From contig NC_020304.1 in NCBI RefSeq assembly GCF_000341395.1, positions 360,001-392,000 of the forward strand: a DNA stretch of 32,000 nt, written 5' to 3'. Made by a program: the position numbers and the translations under genes. Below, piece by piece: positions 31,674-32,000 of the stretch. The first letter of the stretch is position 1. Each line of letters starts with the position of its first letter. This DNA is from Desulfocapsa sulfexigens DSM 10523. Its GTDB lineage: Bacteria > Desulfobacterota > Desulfobulbia > Desulfobulbales > Desulfocapsaceae. The notes below the pieces were generated by a model that saw only the letters and a program-made list of their open reading frames with translations, did no database searches and had not been told where the DNA came from.

Positions 31674-32000
31674 TTATTTTTTGGCGGCAATTTTCCGTGG
31701 AAGCGTGCCAGCCAGTTGGTGCACAGGAGCACCGTTTTTCATCTGGGCGTAGAGCTTCCCAGATGAGCCAAATACGGACTGGATTCTGACATTACATTTT
31801 GCTGTAAATTGAGGCGCTCTTACCTCAAGAGCATTAATGAAATTTGCCGCCACCGCCACTTGCAGAGATGGGGAATTTTCGGCCAATAGCAAAGAGGGAT
31901 AGAAAAGAAGAAAAACAATGAGAATTCTGATCTTGAAAAACCTCGTGTGGCCACTCTTTATTCTGCCTGAGCGAAAGCGGGTTTTGATAGGTTGAATTTT
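31674..32000 (-). pseudogene. Truncated modA-like (molybdate ABC transporter substrate-binding) remnant, open to window edge
   Basis: Frame runs in from the edge with a signal-peptide-like segment (KIRILIVFLLFYPSLLLAENS) then LQVAVAANFINALEVRAPQFTAKCNVRIQSVFGSSGKLYAQMKNGAP, typical of ModA N-termini. It ends after VHQLAGTLPRKIAAKK* and the rest of ModA is absent in all three frames downstream. Confidence 0.55.

Overview
Chromosomal window that looks like an anaerobic proteobacterium (probably Desulfobulbales/Desulfobacterota-like; taxonomy is inference). From left to right: (1) a signalling block at ~1-7.1 kb with a CNMP-PilZ protein, a DUF4388-type response regulator, a bacteriohemerythrin-GGDEF diguanylate cyclase, a hybrid PAS histidine kinase and an omptin-like outer-membrane protease; (2) a tightly packed ten-gene + strand run at 7.4-20.4 kb: four-cluster ferredoxin, tungsten-type aldehyde:ferredoxin oxidoreductase, pgl, edd, eda, glucose-6-P epimerase-like, glgP, zwf, pyk and ackA, i.e. 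an Entner-Doudoroff/glycogen fermentation operon with an AOR built in; (3) a - strand peroxide-defence block (PerR, two rubrerythrins, KatG) with two matching 7-1-7 palindromes of Fur-family architecture; (4) a hybrid PAS histidine kinase, then glnK-amtB with a perfect sigma54 promoter and a clear rho-independent terminator; (5) an atypical class-I amidotransferase-like protein, a NifV-like homocitrate synthase, and a truncated modA-like remnant at the right edge. The most interesting candidate system is the AOR/ferredoxin-coupled Entner-Doudoroff operon. No CRISPR array, tRNA, rRNA or transposon was recognised.
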